64,000 nt of DNA from an uncultured Planctomycetaceae bacterium (GTDB taxonomy: Bacteria > Planctomycetota > Planctomycetia > Isosphaerales > Isosphaeraceae): NCBI GenBank assembly GCA_963833985.1, contig CAWIAD010000001.1, forward strand, positions 96,001-160,000, in the 5' to 3' direction. Positions 33,201 through 42,516 of this stretch are shown here, one piece after another. Below the pieces are notes generated by a model that was given only the letters and a program-made list of their open reading frames with translations, was not told the DNA's origin and made no database searches. The position numbers were made by a program, and so were the translations under genes. Within the stretch, counting starts at the first letter, position 1. Every line of letters begins with the position of its first letter.

Positions 33201-34905
33201 GCGGCCTTCTGGAACTCCTGGGCCGCGCGTTCGAGGTCGCCGGAGGCATGGCGTGCCTGGTAGAGCTCGCCGCTGATCTGGTGCAGCGTTCCCTTCAGCT
33301 CAGGGGGAATGGTGCCGTCGGCAAGCTGACGATAGAGGGAATCGACGATCGGCACGGCCTCCTCGGGATAGCCGGCCTGGAGGATGGTCCAGGCCGCCCA
33401 GAACTGGTACTGGGGTTCCAGGTTACCCAGACGGAGAGCGTTCTGGAGGTATTGCCGGCCCAGCGTCTGTTCCTGGCTGAGCACGAGCGCCACGCCGTAG
33501 CCGCCTGGGCTTCGGCCAGTGTGGGAAGCTGGCTGGCGGCCACCTTCAGGTGGTTCAGAGCGCTGGCGCGAAGCCTGGGCTGGGGGGCTGGCGCGGTCGA
33601 TGGCTGGTTCTTGTTCGCCAGGGGCGCCGCGGAGCGCACCAGGCCGGACTGCTCCAGCTCGATCGCCCCCTGGAACAGATGCCCGAGCCCCTGGAACCTC
33701 GGCTCCGAGGCGCCCAGAAGCGCCTGGACGTGCGGCTCGGCCTTCTTGTACTTGTCCTCGTCTTCGGTCTTTGCCAGTGCCATCTCCACGGCCACGGCGT
33801 GCAGACCCATCACCGGGACGGTGTTACTGGCCTTGCCCAGATCGGGCTGCTGGAGCGCGCGGGCGATGACTTCCAGGCAGCGGTCACGCTGCTGCCGGAA
33901 GCGGAGATGGTCGGCATAGGTGAGGTAAATCTGAAGGTCAGGTTTCTGGCTGGTGCTCAATGCCTTCTGGAAGATGTCCTCGAGCACGATCTCGATGGCG
34001 TCCGCCTGGCGGTTGACCATGCCGGCCTGGCCGTCCTTCAGCTTCGCCTTGCGCTGGAGCAGAGCACGCTGGCTCAGCTCCAGAAGCTGGCTCAGCCGGC
34101 TCACCCGGCCCGCGGCCAGTTCCGGCTCGGAAGCCATCTGCTTGACGTGTTCCAGCAGGCTGCCGACCTGGCTTTCAAGGGCTCCGAGCTCCGCCTGCTT
34201 CTGGATGGTGATCGCCTCCATCCGCACCCGGGCCATGCGGTCGACCGGACCGGCGTCCGCGGGCAGGACGATGGCACGCCCCTCGGCGAAGGCGGCGTCG
34301 CGGGCGGCGTCGTCGCCGGTCGCGATGGCCAGCCTGGCACGGACCACGCACCGCCGGATGGCCGGGGCGTTCTTCTCCTCCAGCACCTTGAGATGCCGTT
34401 TCACCTCGGGGACGTTCGGAGAGCGTGAATCCAGCTCGTCAAGGGCCAGTATGAAATGGGCCTCGACGTTCTCGGCATCGACCTTGAGCACCTCGGTCGC
34501 CCAGGCGGCCGCGTCCTGGTCGCTGTCCTGATTCATGGCGAGCTCGAGCAATTGCACGCGGGGAGCCGGCGTGCTCTTGTCGAACTTCACGGCCTTCATC
34601 AGGTGATCGATCCGTTCCTGCCGCAAGGCGTCGCGGCGCTCCGCCGGTGCGGAGTTGGCCCAGTCGCGGTAAAGGTTGGCGAACTCCTCATGGATCGCCG
34701 CGCTCCGGGCGTCGTACTGGAGCGCCTGCTTGAAGTAGATCTCGGCGTCGTCACAGCGGCCCGCGGCTGCCGCGGCCCGCGCCTGCTTGAGCACTCCCTG
34801 GGCCGACTTCGGAACCAGCGACCAGGCCATGGCGATCACACCGACCACCGCGACCACGGAGAAGACTCCTGAAAGGATGAGCAGTGGCTTCCAGCGTACG
34901 GTCAT
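30247..34905 (-). CDS. Large membrane-anchored TPR protein (~1550 aa, >=4 indels)
   Basis: Joined from ORFs 33295..34905, 31274..33493 (with a short excursion into the 32025..33032 frame) and 30247..31374; N-terminal TM; C-terminal AANNKAWVL...YDTLG...YHIG. Confidence 0.75.
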
Positions 34906-35417
34906 CGGGCACTACTCCTTCGGCTCGAGCTGCCGTTCCGTGCGCCAGGGCGTCCCCGCACCGGCCGGCCATCCCGGCCTGCCCGCGGACCACCAGCGCT
35001 CGGTGTTGCCAGTCGCGAGAGATTCTCGAAAACAGTGAGCGCGAACACATCTTGATCGGTGCAGATTGACCGGCAGGGGAAATATCGGCTCAGGCGAGCG
35101 AGCGGAGGTGTGTGGACAGAGGGGCAACGCCATTTGCCCTGATACCTCATCGAGGTCGCATTCCATTGCCGTCAAGTCCCAGAATCCGGCGCTTGTTACG
35201 ATAGAGATTCCCGGGCTGGACATCAAGCACAGTATTCTCGTGAAAAAGGGCCGGCCGGAAGGCGTGCACCCGAAGGGCCCCATGGCTGGATGCATAGACC
35301 TGCCGCCCGGGAAAGCTGTTTCCGCCACACTTTTTTCGACGGCCTGGCGGAATTCGGGAATAACGGCCCTGGCAGACGCACCATGGGGCAGATCGCCTGG
35401 TTTGGGGAGATGCGACG

Positions 35418-36866
35418 ATGGCCGGAGTGCTCACAGGACGTGCCTTGACCTCGGAGCTGAGCTGTCTTTTCGGCCAGGGAGTTTGTGGTGACCTGGCGGA
35501 CGGGAAGCTTCTTGAGCGCTTTCTCGCCGGCCATCCCGCGGAGGCCGAGGCAGCGTTCACGGCGCTGGTGCATCGCCATGGCCCCATGGTTCTGGACGTT
35601 TGCCGGCAGGCCCTCGATGACCCGCATGACGCACAGGATGCCTTTCAGGCCACATTTCTGGTCCTGTTGCGGCGTGCCGGGTCGATCCGTAAGCGAGATT
35701 CGCTTGCGAGCTGGCTGTTCGGGGTTGCCATGCGGCAGGCCGTCCGGTCACGCCAGGCCAGATGCCGGCGGGGGTTCCACGAGCGGCAGGGAGGCCAGAT
35801 CGCGGCCCGCCGCGCGAACGACGGACCGTGCTCCGCGGAGCAACGGGAGGCCCTCAGGGAACAGATCGCCCGGCTTCCCCGCCGCTACCAGGAGGCCGTG
35901 GTGCTCTGCCACCTGGAGGGCCTGTCGGTCGCGGCAGCCGCCAGGCGCCTGGGATGCGCCGAAGGGACGGTGCTCTCACGCCTTGCCCGGGGCCGCGATC
36001 GCCTGCGGCAGCGTCTGCTCGCACGCGGCCTGGCCGTGCCGGCGGGGCTGATGGGCCAACCCTTTGCTTACCAGGGCGCTCCGCTGGCCTTGCGGCCCGC
36101 GCTGGTGACTGCCACGGTCCGTGCCGCCCTGGCCACCTTCACGTCCTCTGGACCGTCCGGATTGCCGGCCATTGCCGCGATCAATCCATTCATCCGGTGC
36201 AGCACAAGGAGCCTGCTCATGATCCGCCTTTCATTCGCATGTGTGCTTGCGGCCGCGGCCACCGCTGTGGCGACGGTCGGGGTGCCCCCGGCGCTCCAGT
36301 CCGCGGGTGCTGGCGCGCCCGCGTCATCCCCGAGCCAGCAGCCGGGGTCGAGCCAGCAGCCGGACAAATCAGACGCCGACACCGGCCGGAATGCGACACT
36401 CCGCCGCCGGCACGACCTGAGCCTCTTCCAGGGCACCTGGTACCGGGTCTCCTCGGAAATTGATGGCCGCAAGGTTTTCCCGGACCCCAACGCGCCGATT
36501 CCGCCGAAGTCCACTGCCCTCAAGGTCGTCTTCACGGCCGACGGCTGGTACCAGGATCGCCCGGACGGCAAGGGCCTGGTGAAGAACCATGTCATCAAGC
36601 TCGACCCGACCCGGCAGCCGAAGACCATCGATCTGTACCTTCTGGACGAGAACGGCAAAATCTCGAATGTCCCGCCGATCCCCGGAATCTACAAGATCGA
36701 GGATGACTTGCTGACGCTGTGTTTGTGTATCGGCGGCCGTCCGGAAGATCGGCCCAGGGAATTCGCGTCGAAACCCGGTCCACGGTCGCCCTGGCTCGAC
36801 GTCTACCGGCGAGACCGGCCATCAAAGTCCACCGAGACTGCCCCAACAGCCGGGGCAGGACGCTGA
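35418..36866 (+). CDS. ECF sigma-70 factor with a TM helix and a C-terminal TIGR03067-type domain
   Basis: AFTALVHRHGPMV, DAQDAFQATFLVL, LCHLEGLS and GTVLSRLARGR; C-terminal FQGTW...KLDPTRQPKTIDL...GIYKIEDDLLTLC. Confidence 0.88.
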   Translation: MAGVLTGRALTSELSCLFGQGVCGDLADGKLLERFLAGHPAEAEAAFTALVHRHGPMVLDVCRQALDDPHDAQDAFQATFLVLLRRAGSIRKRDSLASWLFGVAMRQAVRSRQARCRRGFHERQGGQIAARRANDGPCSAEQREALREQIARLPRRYQEAVVLCHLEGLSVAAAARRLGCAEGTVLSRLARGRDRLRQRLLARGLAVPAGLMGQPFAYQGAPLALRPALVTATVRAALATFTSSGPSGLPAIAAINPFIRCSTRSLLMIRLSFACVLAAAATAVATVGVPPALQSAGAGAPASSPSQQPGSSQQPDKSDADTGRNATLRRRHDLSLFQGTWYRVSSEIDGRKVFPDPNAPIPPKSTALKVVFTADGWYQDRPDGKGLVKNHVIKLDPTRQPKTIDLYLLDENGKISNVPPIPGIYKIEDDLLTLCLCIGGRPEDRPREFASKPGPRSPWLDVYRRDRPSKSTETAPTAGAGR

Positions 36867-37005
36867 TGACCGAGATGGAGAGGTGAAAAGACAGGCGCTG
36901 GAATGGTCGCGGAATGGTGCCGGTTACCTTTTTTCAAGGGAACCGGCCGTCTGGCCGATGGGAATGAGAGAACGCAGGAGGATCCTGTTCAAGGAGGATG
37001 TCACA

Positions 37006-37308
37006 GTGAGCGCGCCTGAAAGCCCACTTTCGATTGAGATGATTCGCTGGTCGTTCGTGGTCAGCCCGGAGCACCGGGTTCAGATCGAGACCCACCTGCT
37101 CGAGCTCGGACTGGAGATCCAGTGCCGCGGAGACGATATGCTGGTGGTGACCTGGGACGAGCCCGAGGACACCCTCGAGCCTCTGATCGAGGAGCTCTGG
37201 GCAATCAACGGCGAGCCCTTCGAGATCACGCACGAGGAGTTCCACCGCATTAACCTGCTGGTCTATCACCCGGAGGAGCCGGCAGAGGTCGATAGCCAGG
37301 CGGCGTGA
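37006..37308 (+). CDS. Small acidic hypothetical protein
   Basis: AAGGAGG RBS before GTG 37006; 100-aa ORF. Confidence 0.65.
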   Translation: MSAPESPLSIEMIRWSFVVSPEHRVQIETHLLELGLEIQCRGDDMLVVTWDEPEDTLEPLIEELWAINGEPFEITHEEFHRINLLVYHPEEPAEVDSQAA

Positions 37309-37366
37309 AGCCGGAGGGTGCCGATGCCGTGGACTGACGGCCGCGGGCGGCAAAGACGGAACGCGC

Positions 37367-38783
37367 TCAGGCCGCGGAGAACACCGGGATGATGGGTTCG
37401 CCCGTGCAGAGCCGCACGGGGCGATCGAGACGATCGTGAAGCTCCGTGGCGGGATCGATGCCCAGGCTGTGGTAGATCGTCGCGGCGAGGTCCGCCGGCG
37501 CATAAGGCCGGCTGGCGGGATAGGCGCCGATCCTGTCGGAACGGCCGATGACCTGGCCGCCCTGGACGCCGCCGCCGGCGAGTGCCGCCGAGAAGACGGC
37601 GGCCCAGTGGTCGCGACCGTCCCGGGTGTTGTTGTTGCCGGTGCTGGCACCGATGCGCGGGGTCCGGCCGAACTCTCCGGTCACGACGACCAGCGTCTCG
37701 TCGAGCAACCCCCTGCTCTTCAGGTCGTCGAGCAGCGCTGCGATGCCACGGTCGGTGGGCGGCAAGAGCCGCTCCTTGAGCGACTTGAAATTCCCTGAAT
37801 GGGTATCCCAGGTCTGCACGCGACCCATGTTGACCTGCACGATTGGCACCCCGGCTTCCACCAGCCGCCGGGCCAGCAGCAGCGACTGCCCGAACATGTG
37901 CCGCCCATAGCGCTCGCGGAGCCGGGGATCTTCACGGTCCAGCTCGAATGCCGCCGACACCTTCCCCGAGAGCAACAGCGACATGGCGCGCTGGCGCTGT
38001 TCGTTGAGCGCGTCGCTGCCAGCCGAAGACCGTCCGTCGGTCGACGGGTTCTGAGCCTGGAGCCGGTCCAGCAGCGCCTGGCGGCGTGTGAGCCTGGCCG
38101 GTGTGAAGCCGCTGGGCAACGCGAGACTGTCCACCCGGAAGCCCGGCTTGCTCGGGTCCTGGCGGATTTGCCAGGGGTCGTGACGGGGGCCGAGGAAGCC
38201 CGCATGCTGCCCGGGCCAGACCAGCGGACCTTCCATCAAGAAGGTGGGCAGAGTCACGCCGCTGGGTATGCCATCGGATCGGGGACGGATGGCGTCCAAC
38301 CCCGAGGCATAACAAGGGTAGTCGTCGCGTGACGCGGACTTGTCGAAGAAGGCGCAGGCTGGGGATGGCCCGTCAAGATCTCGTGTGTGGCGTTCAGGTG
38401 GTTGGTATAGGAATGGGAGAGCGAGCGGACGATCGCCAGCAGATCCGCTCGGGCCGCCAGCTCCGGCAGATGCTCACAGAGATGAATTCCCGAGACCCGG
38501 CTGGCGATCGGTCGGAACTCGCCGCGAATCCCCTCCGGCGCGTCCGGTTTCATGTCCAGGGAATCGAGATGGCTCAGCCCCCCGGTCAGGAAGACCAGGA
38601 TCATTGACCGTGCCTGCGGCCTGGCCCCGACCACTTTCCTGCCGGGAACCGTCTTGCGGGCCTCGCTGCTGACGCCTGCCCCGCGAAGAGTTCGGCCAGA
38701 CCGAACCCCAGAAAGCCGGAGAAGCCCACCTGGAGGAACTGACGGCGCAGCATGCCCGTGCCGTTCGGCTGGCTGGAGACCAT
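37367..38783 (-). CDS. DUF1501 domain protein with a Tat signal (frameshifts ~38630 and ~38350)
   Basis: RRQFLQVG; ILVFLTGGLSHLDSLDMKP; LLARRLVEAGV, WDTH, GEFGRTP and GRDHW motifs. Confidence 0.88.
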
Positions 38784-38935
38784 CGAATGACCTCGAAGAC
38801 GACCGGTCGCTTGCAATGAAGGACTGTGCTCAACAAAAGTTGATCCTAGTCCACGGCGCGGTCTGGAATCAACGGGCATCGTCCCAGGACGTCGTACGGC
38901 GTCTACGGTTCGGCGCACGCAAGGCCCTGCCAGCC

Positions 38936-38965
38936 GGTGGGTTGCGCTACGCTGACCCACCCTGC
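38936..38965. repeat. Single degenerate GTAG-family REP
   Basis: Minus strand GCAGGGTGGGTCAGCGTAGCGCAACCCACC, a palindrome behind a G(C/T)AG tetranucleotide. Confidence 0.55.
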
Positions 38966-39212
38966 GGTCGGCGCGCCGTGCCCATTTTGGGACGATGCCA
39001 AACAACGCTAAGAACACCGGTCGCCAGGCACGCTGGCCCCTTGTCACAGGGCTTGACCTTCTGCTCAGATAGAGTTCGATGCTGAGGCAAGCGGTCTCTG
39101 CGCTGACCGGATCGGCGTTCCTTCCCCTCTCGGGGCGCTGATTCCAAAAGCTGCCTGCGACGCGGGAGTCTCTGGCGGCTGGCTCCGGGAATCCGACCCA
39201 AGGGCAGCACTC

Positions 39213-39677
39213 ATGCCAACGCCCACACTCGACCCCACCGGCCCCGAGGAGCTCGCAAGGCAAGCTCTCGCGGTGATCCATAGCGACCGACTTCCTTACC
39301 TGGCAACCGTGGAGGGCGACCAGCCGCGCTTGCGGCCCGTTTCACCGGTCCGCATCGACGGATTCACGGTTTACATTGCCAACCTGCGCTGTCACGGCAA
39401 GACGGCTGAGATCGAGGCCAATCCACGCGTCGAGCTCTGCTACCTGGACGGTCATCATGACCAGGTGCGCATCACGGGCACGGCGGAAGTCGTGACGGAC
39501 CCGGCCATCAAACGGCGGGTCTGGGACGCGAACCCCCAGATCCGCCGCCACGTGAGCGGGCCGGACAGCCCGGATTTCATCCTCTACCGCGTGGTTCCAG
39601 CTCGTGTCCGGTTCATGAAGGATTGGGCCCTGACTTACCGGGAGGTGCCGCTGGCGCAGGCGGGGAAGGAGGAGTGA
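39213..39677 (+). CDS. Pyridoxamine 5'-phosphate oxidase-like FMN-binding protein
   Basis: LATVEGDQPRLRP, KTAEIEANPRVELC and QVRITGTA motifs. Confidence 0.85.
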   Translation: MPTPTLDPTGPEELARQALAVIHSDRLPYLATVEGDQPRLRPVSPVRIDGFTVYIANLRCHGKTAEIEANPRVELCYLDGHHDQVRITGTAEVVTDPAIKRRVWDANPQIRRHVSGPDSPDFILYRVVPARVRFMKDWALTYREVPLAQAGKEE

Positions 39678-39713
39678 GTCTCCAGGCTCGATTCACCCTG
39701 GCCTGAGAGCCGG

Positions 39714-41129
39714 TCACTCCTCGGCCGGCTTACCGGACTGGAACCCAAGCCGCGGCTGGAAGCCGAGCAAGCTGCGGGTGAGATCGCCACCGCGCAGGAC
39801 CAGCTCGTTCAGGGCCTCGTCGAGCACGCGATCGTCGATGCGAATCTCCGCACCGTCGGAGCACGCGAAGAGCGCTGCTTTGCGGAAGAGCTCGCGGATG
39901 AAGGCCGGGCTGCTCCCCTCGGTACGCTTGATGAACCGCTCCGTGTTCGCCAGCTCGAGCGAAAGCCCTGCGCCGTAGAGCTGGAAGAGCCGTCGCCGGC
40001 CTTCCTCGTCGGGCATGGGAATCTCCACGGCCATGTCCACTCGTCCTGGCCGTGATGAAAGTGCCGGCTCCAGCAGCTCCGGCCGGTTGGTGGTCAGAAG
40101 AAAAATCACATCCACATCGTCGGCCAGGCCGTCCATCTCATTGAGCAGCTCGAAGAGCACCGGCCCGGCCTGACCGCGCCCGCCCTTGGTGCGCTCCTCG
40201 GCGATCAGGTCGACGTCCTCGAGGATGACGATGGAGGGTTCGAGCATGCGCGCCAGCTCACAGGTCCGTGTGACCAGACCCAGCCCCTTGCCCGTGAGCA
40301 GCAGCGTGGTGTGGTCTTCCATCACCCCCGAGAGGTACATCGCGGTCAGCGTCTTGCCGGTTCCGGGAGGGCCGTGCAGCAGGATGCCTCGTTTCAGGTG
40401 CCGTCCCGCGGCCAGCAGCCGGTCGCGGCTTCGGCTGAAGCCGATGGTCTGGGCCTCGATCCGCTCGAGGATCCCCAGCGGCAGGATGATGCGCCCGCGC
40501 TGGACCTTCGGCAGGCTGTGAAACTGGATCTGGGTGGAATCCCAGCCCCGCTGGCTGACCGAGACCACGCGGCCGCGGTAGACGTTGCGCTGGCGCATCG
40601 CCTGGCGAAGCTGGCTCATGAAGTGCTCGGCCTCGGAACGGTCGGAGGCCATGATCTCGACCTTGATGAACTGCTCTCCGGGATGCTCGACCGGCGAAAT
40701 AAAGAGCGCCAGCCTGGTTCCCCGCAGCTCGGCCAGGAAGATCGCCCGGACGATGCAGACGACCACTTCGTCGGCGTGCAGCACGACGCTCTTGAACTCG
40801 ACGGGCGCGATCCCGAGGCCGCCCTCCTGCTTGCCTGGCGGCATCACCAGCTCGGAGAGCGTCATTTCACGAAACCGGAATCCATCCGATCGGACGCCGA
40901 ACACTTCGAGTTGCACTCCATCGGCATTGAGCAGGTCTTCGAGCGCCAGGTGAACGTTGGGATGATCGTGCTGCTCGAAGTTCTGGCTGACGATCGTGAG
41001 CGTTCTGGGGTTGGCGTCGAAGTGGGCCTCGAACCGGCGGAAGAGCGGGACGTCCCCCGTCGTGGCTTTCGGCGGGGCCGCCGCCGGCGTGCGCAGCAGT
41101 TCACGAAAGCGGGTGCTCAGCGAGCTCAT
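39714..41129 (-). CDS. AAA+ ATPase with an uncharacterised N-terminal domain
   Basis: KRGILLHGPPGTGKT (Walker A), IVILEDVD (Walker B), LLNEMDG and TTNRPELLEPALSSRPGRVD (second region of homology). Confidence 0.88.
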   Translation of the reverse strand: MSSLSTRFRELLRTPAAAPPKATTGDVPLFRRFEAHFDANPRTLTIVSQNFEQHDHPNVHLALEDLLNADGVQLEVFGVRSDGFRFREMTLSELVMPPGKQEGGLGIAPVEFKSVVLHADEVVVCIVRAIFLAELRGTRLALFISPVEHPGEQFIKVEIMASDRSEAEHFMSQLRQAMRQRNVYRGRVVSVSQRGWDSTQIQFHSLPKVQRGRIILPLGILERIEAQTIGFSRSRDRLLAAGRHLKRGILLHGPPGTGKTLTAMYLSGVMEDHTTLLLTGKGLGLVTRTCELARMLEPSIVILEDVDLIAEERTKGGRGQAGPVLFELLNEMDGLADDVDVIFLLTTNRPELLEPALSSRPGRVDMAVEIPMPDEEGRRRLFQLYGAGLSLELANTERFIKRTEGSSPAFIRELFRKAALFACSDGAEIRIDDRVLDEALNELVLRGGDLTRSLLGFQPRLGFQSGKPAEE

Positions 41130-41356
41130 GAGATCGGCCTTCCGGTCCGGGGGCGGGTTGCGTACGGCCCGCGAAAGGTGACGGCAATTCCACGGCACCT
41201 CCAAAGTTTCGCGGCTCTGTCGCCCGGATACAACACCGCGTCCCCCGCGCGGCATACCGGCATCGCGGATTTGACCGGCAGTTGCCGGCGACTTAGGTAA
41301 CAGAAGAGGGACAAGCTTCGCGGCCTGACAGGCCAGCGGTACGTGGAGAGCCAGTC

Positions 41357-41924
41357 ATGAGGCTTTGTGCGAGAGCCGGGAATCGCCGCCGGGGCGTGGC
41401 CTCGGTGGAAATGGCGGTCTGCCTGCCGCTCATGCTCCTGGTGCTGACGGGGTTGTGGGAGGTCGGCCGGATCACCGAGGTGTCCGAGGTCATGTGGAAC
41501 TCCGCGCGAGGCCGCGCGGGACGCTTCGCTGGGAGAGGACAACCTTCAGGAGGTTGCCAGCAATTTGCTCCTTTACCTCCAGAGCGCCGAACCCACCGCC
41601 TTCGGTGCAGGCCACACGACCTCGATCATCTCGCCGGTGATCGCGCTCCCCTCGAATGCCACCGGATACACCTGCTGGGACAGCACCGCCAACCGCGAAC
41701 TCTTCACCATGAGCTTCACGGACATGACGCAGCCCAGCATCACCGACCCCACTCTGATGTCGCAGCTTGACGTCTACCAGATTGGAGTCTCGGCGCCCTA
41801 CAGCAGCGTCCGCCTGAGCCCGCTCTCGCAGGTGACCAGCATGACCCGGCTGTCGGTGAACGTGGTCTGGGCATCCATGCTCGATGCACCGTTTGAGATC
41901 ACGCCCTATCTCCCCGCGGAGTAG
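41357..41924 (+). CDS. tadE: TadE family pseudopilin (frameshift ~41512)
   Basis: RRRG|VASVEMAVCLPLMLLVL prepilin motif with E+5; continues in the 41565..41924 frame. Confidence 0.8.
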
Positions 41925-41954
41925 CGCATCGCCCCCCCCGGAGGAGAAAAGACC

Positions 41955-42404
41955 ATGGTTTTTCACAAGTGTCCCGCTCGCAAGCGCCGCGGCGCAACGG
42001 TGGTGGAAACCGCCGTGATTATTGGCCTGGTGGGCATGCTGCTCATGGGGGTCTTCGAGTACGCCCGGCTGCTGATGGACTGGAGCCTGCTGAACAATGC
42101 GGCCCGCGAGGGTTGCCGCTATGCCCTGGCGAACAATACCAGCAGCACCATCAGTGCGACGGTCCAGACGATCGTCAGCAACTACATGGCCGGAGAATCG
42201 AAGAATTTCAGCAACTTCACCGTCAGTGTCAGCGGCACACACTCGGGCGTTGCCACCCCGGTCAACAACCTGGGCCCCGGGGATCCGATCACGGTCACCG
42301 TGTCCGGAACGTACAAGTTTATGAACATTGTGCCTGGAGTGCACATGCCAGCGGCGCTGGTGCTCACCAGCGGCGTGACGATGCTCTGCGAAGGCGGGAC
42401 CTGA
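41955..42404 (+). CDS. tadE: TadE family pseudopilin
   Basis: RRG|ATVVETAVII...NNAAREGCRYA; GGAGGAG RBS. Confidence 0.88.
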   Translation: MVFHKCPARKRRGATVVETAVIIGLVGMLLMGVFEYARLLMDWSLLNNAAREGCRYALANNTSSTISATVQTIVSNYMAGESKNFSNFTVSVSGTHSGVATPVNNLGPGDPITVTVSGTYKFMNIVPGVHMPAALVLTSGVTMLCEGGT

Positions 42405-42516
42405 GGCCAGGATCAGAACGTCCCGTCGCGGTTGGCCGCGTTGAACCGTGGTAAACCTTCCGCCTTGCGCTGGCTACGAACCACTGCTCGAGAGTCCTCC
42501 CGGGAGATCCACACCC

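Noticed and set aside
41130..41356. c-di-GMP riboswitch upstream of the tad genes
   Set aside because: A GCGAAAG hairpin is present, but the conserved GEMM elements could not be matched
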